Source: a virus
Taxonomy: Duplodnaviria > Caudoviricetes
Length of the DNA stretch: 62,651 bases
Reading direction: 5' to 3' (one strand)
Virus record (IMG/VR): IMGVR_UViG_3300031999_000017
Coordinates: 1-62,651 of that record
Shown: positions 18,556 to 29,337 of the stretch, in pieces
How positions within the stretch are numbered: position 1 is the stretch's first letter
Layout of the letters: every line of letters begins with the position of its first letter
Notes under the pieces: generated by a model
Databases searched by the model: none
What the model was told of the DNA's origin: nothing
The model's input: the letters and a program-made list of their open reading frames with translations, nothing else
Position numbers and translations under genes: made by a program

Positions 18556-19989
18556 ATGGCAGGGATTCCTACCTCAAACATTTTGCAACCGGGTGCTATT
18601 AGTACCCCATATGTGCAAAGACAGTTAATATCTGATCTTCAGTTATTAACTCCACAATACTACAAGCAATATGTAGAAAAATATGGCAACGAAGATTTCA
18701 CTTGGTGGTTAGCAACCTATGGTGGAATGGAAGAAGTTAAAAATCGCAACTATTTCTGGTTTGAAAACAGAGGTAAATTGCAAGTGGGTGTGCAAATTGC
18801 TACAGCAGTTACTGCAAACGTAGCAGGTGCTACAGTCAGTTTGACTTTGGCTTCTGGCGACCACTTTAATTCTGGTACACAATCTCCATTAAGAGTTGGT
18901 GAAACTATCAGAATCGCATCTACAAACGTAGAAGGTGAAATCATTGCAATCACAGGTACAACTGCTAGTGCATTTACTTTCCAAATTCGTCCAAAAATTT
19001 CTACTCAAGCATTAAATTCATTAGGCTCAACTCAATTGTTGACTACTGATGTTATTTTGTTTGGTGGTGATATGGATGCTGGTGAAGCTTCTACAAGCAT
19101 CAATCCTCTTATCCATTTGGATCAGAAATACGAGAACAGCATTACCGAAATGAGAGAATCTTGGTCAGCATCAGATTTGGCTGAAATGAGTGAAGTTTTC
19201 TACAATAGTGGTGTTTCTGGTATGGAAATGGCAGGTGGCGCACAAGCTGGTACTAGCTATTTCACTTACAAAGGATTGGTAAAATCAAACCAACGCTTCA
19301 TCAACAACGTAGAGTTTAAATTAATGCGTGGTAATATTCAAAATAATACCGGTTTAGGTACTACTACATCTGTAGGTTCTCAAGGTATTATTCCTAAGGT
19401 TCTTGCTGATGGTGAAACAGTTGGTTATACTCCGGGTACATTGGATATTGCTAAACTGCATGAAATCACTCGTATCATGGACGTTAATGGTTGTGCCAAC
19501 GAAAATATGTGGTTACAAGATATTTATCAAAGACAAAACTTCTCTGACGGGTTGTTTAAAGAATATCCTGCTGGTGCTTACGTTTGGGGGCAAAACGAAA
19601 AGTCAGAAGAAGCCGCTATTAACTATGGTGTACAATCATTGAGAATTGATGGATATATGTTCAAAGTTAAGAAGTACAAACAATTCAATACAGAAATGAC
19701 CGTAGGTATCACTCCTGTATCTGATTTCTTCCGTAATTTCGGAATGATTTGTCCTCAAGGCGAAACTCGTGATGCGAAAAATGTTACTAAAGCATACAAA
19801 AACATTACTGTTATGTATCAAGCTCCTCCAAAAGGCGGAACTACTGGTAACGCAATCAGAGTATGGCAATGGGGTGGCGGTTCTCAGAACCCAACTTCTG
19901 GAACAATGACTGACAACATTGAAACTATCACTTATCGTGGTACTCGTGTATGTGCAGCAAACCAATTCATTATCGTTCAAGCTGGATAA
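18556..19989 (+). CDS. Major capsid protein, crAss-like HK97 fold
   Basis: 477 aa, high-expression codon bias, terminator after it, C-terminal RG.RVCAANQF. Confidence 0.88.
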   Translation: MAGIPTSNILQPGAISTPYVQRQLISDLQLLTPQYYKQYVEKYGNEDFTWWLATYGGMEEVKNRNYFWFENRGKLQVGVQIATAVTANVAGATVSLTLASGDHFNSGTQSPLRVGETIRIASTNVEGEIIAITGTTASAFTFQIRPKISTQALNSLGSTQLLTTDVILFGGDMDAGEASTSINPLIHLDQKYENSITEMRESWSASDLAEMSEVFYNSGVSGMEMAGGAQAGTSYFTYKGLVKSNQRFINNVEFKLMRGNIQNNTGLGTTTSVGSQGIIPKVLADGETVGYTPGTLDIAKLHEITRIMDVNGCANENMWLQDIYQRQNFSDGLFKEYPAGAYVWGQNEKSEEAAINYGVQSLRIDGYMFKVKKYKQFNTEMTVGITPVSDFFRNFGMICPQGETRDAKNVTKAYKNITVMYQAPPKGGTTGNAIRVWQWGGGSQNPTSGTMTDNIETITYRGTRVCAANQFIIVQAG

Positions 19990-20007
19990 TCAGCTAAATA
20001 AAAAAAC

Positions 20008-20040
20008 ACCCCGGGTTGAGAAATCTCCCGGGGTTATTTT
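20008..20040 (+). terminator. Intrinsic terminator after the MCP gene
   Basis: ACCCCGGG..CCCGGGGT followed by TATTTT. Confidence 0.75.
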
Positions 20041-20103
20041 AAAATATCATCCTATGTATGTAGGAGGCATAAGCCTTAAAATTAAAAAATTAAAAAAAAT
20101 AAA

Positions 20104-21006
20104 ATGGCAAGATTAAAAGATGTGAATTTTTCTTTACAAGGAGAAACACAACAATCAGAAAGTTCTTTATTTCACGAAGAAGTTGCAAGAATAGCAGTAT
20201 TAGATAACCCACCAACTACTGAAACAAGATTTCATATTTTTAAATTGGTAGATACCAATAAAAAAGGTGGCACTTATATTCCTAATATTGATGATGTTAT
20301 TAACCCAGAAACAGGCAAAGAAGAAAGAGTTAGATTGCTTTCTGGAGTGGAATCAATTTGGGTAAAAGACCAAAAAGGATTAGATCAAGATTATATAAGA
20401 CAAAACGCAAAAAGTTTAGCTTTCCCAAGAGGTGCAAAATGTTTGCGCATACCAGATTGGGATAAAACAGCGTTAGAGTTTGCAAGAATATGCAGACATA
20501 ATATTGGTAATCCAAATAGAAAGAGCGGCAGTAAGTTTGAGTTTTTTGAATACGATCCAGCAAAACAAGCTAGAGAAGCATTTGAAAGAGAAAGTTTAGA
20601 AATTGATATGGCAATTATTGCTCGTGAATTGGATGAAGTTACTTTGAAAAAATATATCAGCTTTTTGAAAATAATAATGCACGATGAACTTGGCGAACCA
20701 AAAACAATTGATTCTTTAAGAAAAGAATTAATGATGTATGCTAAGAGAAATCCATTTTTATTCAGAGATTTGATTAATAATAAATCTACAGAAGTTGAGA
20801 TTAATTATATGGTAAAGAAAGGGATTCTTTCAGCTAAAATAGATGTAGGCAGTCAACCCGGCAGAGCATTTTGGGCAAATGGCGGTGGTTTAATCGGATT
20901 AATACCATCTAACAGACAGGCCTTGGATTATTTAACTGAATTGGCTTTGACTAATACAGAAGAAGGAAGAACATTCCAGAAACAATTAAAAGAAACAATG
21001 AAATGA
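20104..21006 (+). CDS. Post-capsid protein, virion or assembly role
   Basis: Position between MCP and ring protein, as in crAss-like gene order. Confidence 0.6.
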   Translation: MARLKDVNFSLQGETQQSESSLFHEEVARIAVLDNPPTTETRFHIFKLVDTNKKGGTYIPNIDDVINPETGKEERVRLLSGVESIWVKDQKGLDQDYIRQNAKSLAFPRGAKCLRIPDWDKTALEFARICRHNIGNPNRKSGSKFEFFEYDPAKQAREAFERESLEIDMAIIARELDEVTLKKYISFLKIIMHDELGEPKTIDSLRKELMMYAKRNPFLFRDLINNKSTEVEINYMVKKGILSAKIDVGSQPGRAFWANGGGLIGLIPSNRQALDYLTELALTNTEEGRTFQKQLKETMK

Positions 21007-21674
21007 CAATAGATGAAGTTTATCAAATAGTACTTTATAGTACGGCTAAGAATTTATCGCAAGGCTATGTTAGTCCGAATGATTTTAATCTTACTATAAA
21101 CCAAGCACAAAAAAGCTATGTGTCTTATCTACTTGGTTCATTTCAGCAATATATGCCCGGTCGGGCGGTCGCAAGGGTAGAATTTGGACAAAACACAATA
21201 GTTCGTACTAGATTAGCTCCAATAATTTATTGGGACAATTTAACTGTTGATCCTGCTGGGTTTTGTCCATACCCAAGCGATTACTTGCAATCAGATGCAA
21301 TGTTTACGGCTACTGGATATGAAAGAATAAGATGCGTACAGCAAGATTCGCTATATTCTTTTTATAAATCTCAAATTGATCCAGTTGCAAGCAACCCAAT
21401 TTATTTACTTGAAGATACGGGGTTTCATTTTTTTCCAGAAAATATAGGAGCAGCAAAATTAAGTTATGTAGCAAATCCTCCGGATATGCTATGGAATTAT
21501 ACGTTAAACCCTAATGGTATTCCAGTTTATGATTCTGCAACAAGCATACAATCAGTTTGGGACGATGCTTCTATATTAGATATTATAGTTCGTGCGTTAG
21601 CAATAATTGGTGTAAATTTACAATTAAATGCAGTTGAACAATATTCAATGGCAATTAAAAACCAAGGACAATAA
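21003..21674 (+). CDS. Tail ring / head-tail adaptor protein (P22 gp4-like)
   Basis: IDEVYQIV..K...GYVSPNDFN..INQAQ..L.YV..P. Confidence 0.75.
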   Translation: MTIDEVYQIVLYSTAKNLSQGYVSPNDFNLTINQAQKSYVSYLLGSFQQYMPGRAVARVEFGQNTIVRTRLAPIIYWDNLTVDPAGFCPYPSDYLQSDAMFTATGYERIRCVQQDSLYSFYKSQIDPVASNPIYLLEDTGFHFFPENIGAAKLSYVANPPDMLWNYTLNPNGIPVYDSATSIQSVWDDASILDIIVRALAIIGVNLQLNAVEQYSMAIKNQGQ

Positions 21675-23290
21675 TGGCAAATCAAATACAAGGTACAGTT
21701 TACCAAATTGACGGCAATCCGTTATCATCTCCAATCCAAGTTGCTTTTTTAACTAGCAATATATACATCAGAGAGTTTCAAATTGATTTGATACCAGCGG
21801 TTAATGCAGCGATTGTTTATTATCCAAATACAAACAATCAATTACAAGAGCAGACATTTTTAGTTTCCGAATCCGCATCTACATTAATAGCGGCAGCAAA
21901 CGTAAACTGCACTACACAAGTATCTACAACAGTTTTAGAAATAAATCAAGAACCACAAATACCGGGCGGATTGAACTTTAGTTTCCCTGCACAAGGTATT
22001 TCAATATGGCCTGTATCTGTACCTGTAGTAGGAGGAGTTAATTCTTTCCTTGAATTTAAAAATAAAAAATATTATCTTCTTGAAAATGAAGCCACTTTAG
22101 TAGCAGCAGCAAATGTATGTGGAGGAGGAGGAGGCGGTACATCAACTGGAATTAATGGTTTAAATGGTACTACTAATATAGGATTAGGTGGAACGTTATT
22201 AAATGATACTAATATTTTAGGCGATAACTTTTTATTTAATTTTTATGATTTTAAAAGTTTTTTGTTATTTGATATATCAGCAACAGCTAAACTAAATTTA
22301 GGCGCAACAGAAGTTTATTTTATTTATAATGGTACAGGTTTTAGATCTTCAGGTAATATACAAACAGTTGGAGATTTAACTAATTCAAATTTACAATTTA
22401 CAGTAGATTGTGTAAATCAATTAATATATACTAATAATGGTGCTAATATTAGTGGTATTGATTTTGATTTTACAAATCAAGTAATTTCAGTTATTAATTT
22501 TAATTCGGGAATAGGATTAAAATTACAAGCTGATGCACAAACTTTTTTAGGTGATTATAATAATAATACGGGTAATGGTATTTATTTTGTTATTAATCAA
22601 TCGGCAAATGAAATAACTAATTTAGATAACACAGGTACAAAATTTGGATTTGATATTAATTATTCGGGAAATTATATTTTTGGTGCGGTAAATTCGGGAA
22701 ATTTAACGAATATTAAAATAAACGATATTGGACAAATTATATCTTCTGAATGGCTTAATAATCAAACAGCATTATACATAGATTTTTTAAATGGTAATTT
22801 TGGATTAATTAATAATCCTGCACAGCAGGAAGGTGTATGGGTAAATAATATAAATGATGCAATAAATAAAGCCGTTATTTTAGGATTTGGAGATAGTCAA
22901 CAAAGTGTTTTATTTATTAAAGCAACAGAATTGCAAACGTATTATAATGGAATAGGCAACGGATTAAAATTTGATTTTAATATAAATTTTTATTCTTTTG
23001 GCGATTATGATATGCAACAAACAGGTACTTCATTTTTTATAGATAGTAACAACGGTTATATTTATACAGAAGTTGCAGGAAATAAAGCAGGTATATTTTT
23101 TGACTATCAAGCAAATCAATATTTTTTAGGTAGTTATTTTCAAAATAGTTATTTTGGTATAGATAGTAATAATCATAAATTATTAGCTACAAATGATATT
23201 AAAGCAACACCAAGCTCAGTAGCACCAACATTAGATTATATAAAAATAAATATAGGCGGAACTGATTATTTAATCCCATTATATCAATAA
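21674..23290 (+). CDS. Head/collar fibre-like protein with two N-terminal repeat domains
   Basis: Duplicated ~75-aa unit ending LxAAAN, poly-Gly hinge, G/N/F-rich beta repeats, C-terminal IKINIGGTDYLIPLY. Confidence 0.65.
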   Translation: MANQIQGTVYQIDGNPLSSPIQVAFLTSNIYIREFQIDLIPAVNAAIVYYPNTNNQLQEQTFLVSESASTLIAAANVNCTTQVSTTVLEINQEPQIPGGLNFSFPAQGISIWPVSVPVVGGVNSFLEFKNKKYYLLENEATLVAAANVCGGGGGGTSTGINGLNGTTNIGLGGTLLNDTNILGDNFLFNFYDFKSFLLFDISATAKLNLGATEVYFIYNGTGFRSSGNIQTVGDLTNSNLQFTVDCVNQLIYTNNGANISGIDFDFTNQVISVINFNSGIGLKLQADAQTFLGDYNNNTGNGIYFVINQSANEITNLDNTGTKFGFDINYSGNYIFGAVNSGNLTNIKINDIGQIISSEWLNNQTALYIDFLNGNFGLINNPAQQEGVWVNNINDAINKAVILGFGDSQQSVLFIKATELQTYYNGIGNGLKFDFNINFYSFGDYDMQQTGTSFFIDSNNGYIYTEVAGNKAGIFFDYQANQYFLGSYFQNSYFGIDSNNHKLLATNDIKATPSSVAPTLDYIKINIGGTDYLIPLYQ

Positions 23291-23291
23291 C

Positions 23292-23438
23292 ATGAACAAA
23301 GAACAAGCATTACAGATTATTAAGCAAGTAGTAGATCAATCTATTGCAAATGGAATTTTTAAAAATGCAGAGACAGTAAGTACCGCATTACAAGCATTGC
23401 AAACAATAGCAAAAGAATTACAAACAAATAATCAATGA
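23292..23438 (+). CDS. Small helical protein, possible fibre chaperone (48 aa)
   Basis: MNKEQALQIIKQVVD...; translated by hand; ATGA overlap with the next gene. Confidence 0.6.
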   Translation: MNKEQALQIIKQVVDQSIANGIFKNAETVSTALQALQTIAKELQTNNQ

Positions 23439-24070
23439 CAAGGTATCAACTTATAGAGCAAATATTAAGACAAGTCTATGGCACACAGCCATCAGATGAT
23501 GCTTCCATTACACCCAACCTAGTTAATCAAATGATTAATCAAGGGATTGGCTTAATGGTAAAACAAAACTATAGGGATGCAGTACAACTTGATGGTGTCG
23601 GATATGTCAATAATAGTTTTTATACTACATTTAAAGGATTAACGCCTACATTAGATGAAACTAATTTATGGAAAATAACATTGCCACAAGTTCCTATGGC
23701 GGTGGGTAAAAACGAAGGCATTTCTACACTTCAATTTAAGGATGTTGATGGCTTGATATCAAGACCTGTTATTTGGTTATCACAAGACCAAGTTACATAC
23801 TATCAGTCTTTACAACAGCCACCAAGCAAAACAATAGCATATTCTCAAGGAGATAGTGTATATGTTGCAACAACTTTGATATTAAATACCTATACCGCAT
23901 CAGTTACAATTATTTCTGGTGGAGATAGCACTAATTTGAATAGCAATTTAAGTGTACCAGATGATTATATTCCGGGTATAGTTGATTATGTAACTAAATC
24001 TTTAATGCTTTCAAGACAACAAATACAAGACAACGCAAATGACGGAAACGATGCAATAAGAACAGTATAA
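23435..24070 (+). CDS. Tail ring protein
   Basis: LIEQI..PSDDASIT..VPDDYIP.IV..DNAND; gene order. Confidence 0.65.
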   Translation: MTRYQLIEQILRQVYGTQPSDDASITPNLVNQMINQGIGLMVKQNYRDAVQLDGVGYVNNSFYTTFKGLTPTLDETNLWKITLPQVPMAVGKNEGISTLQFKDVDGLISRPVIWLSQDQVTYYQSLQQPPSKTIAYSQGDSVYVATTLILNTYTASVTIISGGDSTNLNSNLSVPDDYIPGIVDYVTKSLMLSRQQIQDNANDGNDAIRTV

Positions 24071-24079
24071 TATAAAAAT

Positions 24080-24343
24080 ATGAAACCAATAAAGAATCAG
24101 ATCTTATTTAAGCCATTCTTGCAAGAAGAAAAAACGCAAGGTGGCCTTTTTGTTCCAGATAGCTTCAGACAGGAATCTGACAAAGGAGAAATCGTAGAAG
24201 TAGGAAACGGAACTAAAGACCATCCAATGTATCTTAAAAAAGGCGATATTGGATATAGAGTACATAAATGGGGAACATTGATAGAAAAAGACGGAGAAAA
24301 TTTATATTTAATGGAAGATAGTGCTATATTAGCAACAATTTAA
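24080..24343 (+). CDS. groES: GroES-like co-chaperonin
   Basis: KPIKNQILFKP..EEKTQGGLFVPD..GEIVEVGNG..KKGD..LMEDSAILA. Confidence 0.88.
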   Translation: MKPIKNQILFKPFLQEEKTQGGLFVPDSFRQESDKGEIVEVGNGTKDHPMYLKKGDIGYRVHKWGTLIEKDGENLYLMEDSAILATI

Positions 24344-24354
24344 ACCTATGTAAA

Positions 24355-25125
24355 ATGAGTAACACACACCAACAATATGTATCCCTGGATACAGTTATAA
24401 ATTTATATTTAGACAGGTCTGAACAAAGCATACATAAGTATTACAAATGCTGGCAGCTTGCTTTTTCTGGCATGGAGGAAATGGGGCTTGATTTTTTTTA
24501 TCAAATCAAGTCCGTAAAACTTCCAGTAAATGCTAACCTTACAGTTAGCCTACCGGACGACTATCTTAATTATTCAAAAGTTGGTGTTTTAAATAGCCAA
24601 GGAGAAATTATCCCAATGGGGTATAATAGCAACCTTACCACTTTTGCGGATCTACAACCTAACAGACTTGCACAAACGCAAGATAATTCTATAATAGACA
24701 TAGTTCAATTCAACACTCCAATCTGGTATAACTATTGGAACAATGGCGCATTTTCTACTTTATATGGATTGCCAAGCGGATCACCATTTGTCGGCAGTTT
24801 TAAAGTAGATAATCATAACGGGGTTTTGTTATTAAGCGAAAACTTTGGATATGATTATGTTATGCTGGAGTATGTAGCTTCACCAAAACAAGGAGAAGAA
24901 TATTATGTTCCAATCCAATTCAAAACAGCACTAATGTGGTATATTGCTTACAATGATATCGCTATGCTTCCCAACAGCAGAAAAGGAACTCTTGGAGATA
25001 AAGAACAAAGGAAAAGAGCATATCATAATGAAAGAAGAGTAGCCAACGCAAGATATAGACCAGTTGATTTACAATCAGCACACCAATGGAGCATGGAACA
25101 ACAACGCTTAACCATAAAAATGTAA
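24355..25125 (+). CDS. Tail ring / tubular protein
   Basis: YVSLDTVIN..LPDDYLNYSKV..VMLEYV; gene order. Confidence 0.7.
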   Translation: MSNTHQQYVSLDTVINLYLDRSEQSIHKYYKCWQLAFSGMEEMGLDFFYQIKSVKLPVNANLTVSLPDDYLNYSKVGVLNSQGEIIPMGYNSNLTTFADLQPNRLAQTQDNSIIDIVQFNTPIWYNYWNNGAFSTLYGLPSGSPFVGSFKVDNHNGVLLLSENFGYDYVMLEYVASPKQGEEYYVPIQFKTALMWYIAYNDIAMLPNSRKGTLGDKEQRKRAYHNERRVANARYRPVDLQSAHQWSMEQQRLTIKM

Positions 25126-25128
25126 CCA

Positions 25129-28100
25129 GTGATAGAAGTTAGAGGCTTTAATGGTAAATTAAATCAAGACGACAATCCATATAGACTGCCAAAGGGAGAT
25201 TACACCGATGCGCTAAATATAACAAGAGACGCGCAAGGTGATGGTCAAGACGAAGTTGTATCTAATATATTAGGTAATTTATTAGTTGAAGATACGCTTC
25301 CCCCAACCGGCATAAACAAGGTTATAGGTAACTATGCAGACAGAACAAGAAATAGACTTTATTATTTTACATGGAATAGCAATGGTTATAATAGAATAAG
25401 CTATTACGATTTAACTACAGATACAATAACAATATTGCTAGAGGATTTAACTGATACTGGAAACGTAGGCATATTAAATTTTGATCCTTCATTTAGAATA
25501 AACCATACAGATATTGTTTATAGAGACGATGCAGGAGATTTGCTTTTTTGGACAGATGGACTTAATCCGCCATCTAAGATAAATGTAAAGACAGCAGAAA
25601 CCGGAGGTTATGGCGTGGTTTTAAGAAGTTACATTGATGTAGCTAAAGAGCCGCCATCAGCACCTCCTTATTGTGTTTATGAGGATGATATAAATGTAAC
25701 GGTTAATAATCTTCAAAACAAGCAATTCAAATTCAAATACAGGTTTGTTTACGATGATAACGAAAAAAGTGTAACCAGTGCACAAAGCGAAGTACCAATA
25801 CCATATCTTTATTCATCACAAGCGGTAGTTACAGATCCAACCAAAAATGCAGACATTTTTATAGCTTTTCAAACTGGCGCAGAAAACGTAGTCAAAATAG
25901 AATTGCTTGGCGCAAAAAGTTTAGGAAACACATGGTCTGATTTTTTTTTAATAACAGTATTAGATAAAGCAGAGCTTGGAATAAATAGTAACGATGTAAG
26001 TTACTTTCGTTTTTATAATGATAAAGCATATAGCATTATCCCAATAGACGAAAGTTTGCAACCTTTTGATGCAGTGCCTCAAATAGCATATACCCAATCG
26101 CTTCCAAATGGAAATGTTTTAGACTATGGTGCGATAACCGAAGGGTACGATTTAATAGTACCAGAATATGAAGCATCTTCTTCGTATATAATATCATATT
26201 CTTATGCTGGTAATTTTTTAATTTTAGCGTATCAAAATGCACAACCGGCGTTTAACACTGGGGACATTAAAATAATAATGGCAGCCACAGGTATAATTCC
26301 GCCATCGGTTGGAGGCGCAAATCAGAAGGGGCAGCTTGATGCAGGAACTATATCTGTATCTATTTTAGACGGAGTAACACCAATAACACTAAGCGCTAGT
26401 GCCGGAACTGGTTTTTTTACTTTCCCATTAGCCATTGCTCCGCCATACATAACCCCCGGCTCGTCAATAATAGAACAGTTTTCTACTCAAGCAATTTCAA
26501 ATGGTTTTACAATAGTTTCATCAAATGACAACGAATTAGTAATAAACAAGTCTGGCTCGGTTTTACAAAAAACAACAAACAATAGCAGAAGCGTTCCTAT
26601 TACAATAGTCGCTCCGTCAAATTATGCTTTAAACAATAATTCTCAATTTGCTTATAACTGGAACTCAATATATTCTTTTGGAATAGTTTATTTTGATCAA
26701 AAAGGAAGAACTAATAGTGTTATTTATTCTCCACAAACGTCAGTTCAAACCGGAGCGTATTCGGAAAATTCTTTTTTAAATAACATGACTTCTGCTAATT
26801 TGCCATTAATAAATTTAGAAATAAATAGCAGACCTCCGGATTGGGCTTATTACTTTGAAATAGTAAGAACAAAAAATTTAACTAAATCTGATTATTTATA
26901 TTGGATAAGCGAATATACTTATAAAGACACCACTGCGCAGCAGGATGGGTACACTTACGCATATATATCTATTGCAAACTTATTTGCTTATATTTCAGCC
27001 AACCCACAAGTAAAAACAATTGGATACGAATTTGCGCCGGGAGACAGGATAAGGTTTATAAAGCTATACGACAGCACAGGAAGTACCGCTCAATTATATA
27101 CAAGTAAAGATTATGAAATAATAGCTCTTTTAACAGACGTGGAGCTTCAAGGAACTTTAATAAAAGGCGGAGTTTTAAAAATAGTTCTTCCTCCAACAAG
27201 CGCAACATTTGATTTTGGCACAGCGGCTTTTGCAAATTATTTAATTGAAATTTATACCCCATCGGTAAACTTTTCAAACAATGTTAATTTATATTACGAG
27301 TTTGGCGAAAGATATATAGTTGGCAATCCCGGAACTTTATTAGCTTATCATGAAGGATCGGTGCAAAATCAAACAGAAAATTTATCTCAACCCGCTACGT
27401 ATCAATTTTATAAAGGAGACGGATATTTTAGATCAAGATTAATATTAACTGGAGGACAAGCCACATTGGATTTTAGAGCAAAGTCCGGAATAGCTGGGAC
27501 TTATTTTCCTATGGCTAATTTAGTCTCTAACGATTCAACACACAATGGCGCATATACTATAAATGAAGTTCCGTCAGCCAGTAATTATCAAATAACAATA
27601 AACGACACAGCAGTCGGAGCTAATTTTATTGCAAACGGATATATTACAGTAAAAAGCAGCGTAAATTCAACAGGAGCAGTATTGCAGTTAGTTAGAGATT
27701 TTACTGGGACTGGGACTTGGTTTCCATTAGGAGCATTAACTGCCGGGGTGTCTATAACAAGACAAATAACAAATTATCCTTTGCAAATAACGCCGGGAAA
27801 CACCTATGGCGGCCTTCAGCTAGCGGGTTTTACTGGTGAAATAATAGCTTTTCAATTAACACTTACAGATGGAAGAAGTATTTATCAAGGAATAATAGAT
27901 CCTAATTTTTCTGACAATTATGATAGCGCAGCATTGCCAAATGGAAGGCCTTGGATATATAATGAGAATGTAAAACGAGAGTTTAATCCTACATTAATAA
28001 GATTTGGCGGCGAATATCAGCCGGGAACTAACATAAACAATATAAACAGATTTTACGAAGATGATTTTGATGTGTATGATAGAAGTAGGGGCTCTATTAA

Positions 28101-29082
28101 AAAAATGTTTATTGAGGGAAGAAACCAATATATTTTTCACCAGTATGATGTAGGAGTAGTAACCGTATTGACGCAGATAGTTAGAGACACCGCAGGCAAT
28201 CCTTTATCAGCAGAAAGCGTAAAGCTTTTGAATAAAATAGTATATCCATACATTGGACAATATGGTATAGGAGACATTCCAGAAAGCTTTGCTTATGGTA
28301 AGCATGCAAAATATTTTATTGATAATAACAAGGGCGTAGTATGCAGATTGAGTACAGACGGAATAACTCCGCTTTCTATTCTTTATAAAATGAACGCATT
28401 TTTTGTTTTGTATTTATCTAAATATAGAGAAGCGCAGGATTATCTACTTCAATTAGCAGGTTATCCTACGGTTTATGGTGCTTACGATGCTTATACAAAT
28501 AAGTATATAATAGCAATGGATGCTATTTATAATGATACCGTTTTTGTGCAAGAGGCATATACGCTTTCCTTTTTAGAATCAAGAGACAGCAAACAAGGGT
28601 TTGAATCATACCTATCTTTTCATCCAGAAAACATGGGAGACGTAAATAATCTTTTTATTACTTTTTTGAACGGAGAGTTGTGGAAACACAACAATACCGT
28701 TCATTGTAATTTTTATGCAAACCAATATCCTGCATCAATAGAAACCGTATTTAATGATCAACCGCTTGATAAAAAAACATATTTAGCAGTAATGCAAACA
28801 TCAAGTACGGTATGGTATTGCCCGTCAATAAAATCTCAAGTAAATTCTTATGGTAGCACTTCGCAGGAATCTTCTTTAAGTACAGCAAGATTTACTCTTT
28901 TAGAAGGACAATATAATTCAGCTATTTTAAGAGACGCTAATAGTACCGGAGGAATTATAAATGGAGACACAATGAAAGGTAACTACCTTTTTGTCCAGTT
29001 TAAAATTGATGATGCCTCCAGCTTTTATTATATTAATACGGTATCTTTGAATTACATTAATTCACCTTTAAACGTAAGATAA
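25129..29082 (+). CDS. Tail stabilisation / muzzle protein (P22 gp10-like) with insertions
   Basis: GKLNQDDNPYRLPKGDYTDALN, LFWTDGLNPPSKIN, FKYRFVYDDNEKS, YFID..KG.VCRLS.DGITP. Confidence 0.8.
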   Translation: MIEVRGFNGKLNQDDNPYRLPKGDYTDALNITRDAQGDGQDEVVSNILGNLLVEDTLPPTGINKVIGNYADRTRNRLYYFTWNSNGYNRISYYDLTTDTITILLEDLTDTGNVGILNFDPSFRINHTDIVYRDDAGDLLFWTDGLNPPSKINVKTAETGGYGVVLRSYIDVAKEPPSAPPYCVYEDDINVTVNNLQNKQFKFKYRFVYDDNEKSVTSAQSEVPIPYLYSSQAVVTDPTKNADIFIAFQTGAENVVKIELLGAKSLGNTWSDFFLITVLDKAELGINSNDVSYFRFYNDKAYSIIPIDESLQPFDAVPQIAYTQSLPNGNVLDYGAITEGYDLIVPEYEASSSYIISYSYAGNFLILAYQNAQPAFNTGDIKIIMAATGIIPPSVGGANQKGQLDAGTISVSILDGVTPITLSASAGTGFFTFPLAIAPPYITPGSSIIEQFSTQAISNGFTIVSSNDNELVINKSGSVLQKTTNNSRSVPITIVAPSNYALNNNSQFAYNWNSIYSFGIVYFDQKGRTNSVIYSPQTSVQTGAYSENSFLNNMTSANLPLINLEINSRPPDWAYYFEIVRTKNLTKSDYLYWISEYTYKDTTAQQDGYTYAYISIANLFAYISANPQVKTIGYEFAPGDRIRFIKLYDSTGSTAQLYTSKDYEIIALLTDVELQGTLIKGGVLKIVLPPTSATFDFGTAAFANYLIEIYTPSVNFSNNVNLYYEFGERYIVGNPGTLLAYHEGSVQNQTENLSQPATYQFYKGDGYFRSRLILTGGQATLDFRAKSGIAGTYFPMANLVSNDSTHNGAYTINEVPSASNYQITINDTAVGANFIANGYITVKSSVNSTGAVLQLVRDFTGTGTWFPLGALTAGVSITRQITNYPLQITPGNTYGGLQLAGFTGEIIAFQLTLTDGRSIYQGIIDPNFSDNYDSAALPNGRPWIYNENVKREFNPTLIRFGGEYQPGTNINNINRFYEDDFDVYDRSRGSIKKMFIEGRNQYIFHQYDVGVVTVLTQIVRDTAGNPLSAESVKLLNKIVYPYIGQYGIGDIPESFAYGKHAKYFIDNNKGVVCRLSTDGITPLSILYKMNAFFVLYLSKYREAQDYLLQLAGYPTVYGAYDAYTNKYIIAMDAIYNDTVFVQEAYTLSFLESRDSKQGFESYLSFHPENMGDVNNLFITFLNGELWKHNNTVHCNFYANQYPASIETVFNDQPLDKKTYLAVMQTSSTVWYCPSIKSQVNSYGSTSQESSLSTARFTLLEGQYNSAILRDANSTGGIINGDTMKGNYLFVQFKIDDASSFYYINTVSLNYINSPLNVR

Positions 29083-29083
29083 A

Positions 29084-29335
29084 ATGGGATTTACTGTAAC
29101 AATGCAAACGCCATATATTTTAGTAGAGCCAAGTGTTAGCGGTGAAGGGCTAGTAACATTAAATAACGTGTCTCAATTTGGTACTGTATTTCAAGTAAAT
29201 GCAGGCACTACGGTCTGTTCAATTGGAGATGTGGTTTACTATAATATAGCAGACACAAGCTCCATCCAAGAAAGCGCCGGAAGTATAATTTATACTGCAA
29301 TAGACGAAAGTAAAATAATATTTGTAGAGGGATAG
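29084..29335 (+). CDS. Divergent GroES-fold protein
   Basis: PYILVEP..G..GTVFQV..SIGDVVYY..AIDESKIIFV parallels the GroES strand pattern. Confidence 0.55.
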   Translation: MGFTVTMQTPYILVEPSVSGEGLVTLNNVSQFGTVFQVNAGTTVCSIGDVVYYNIADTSSIQESAGSIIYTAIDESKIIFVEG

Positions 29336-29337
29336 TT

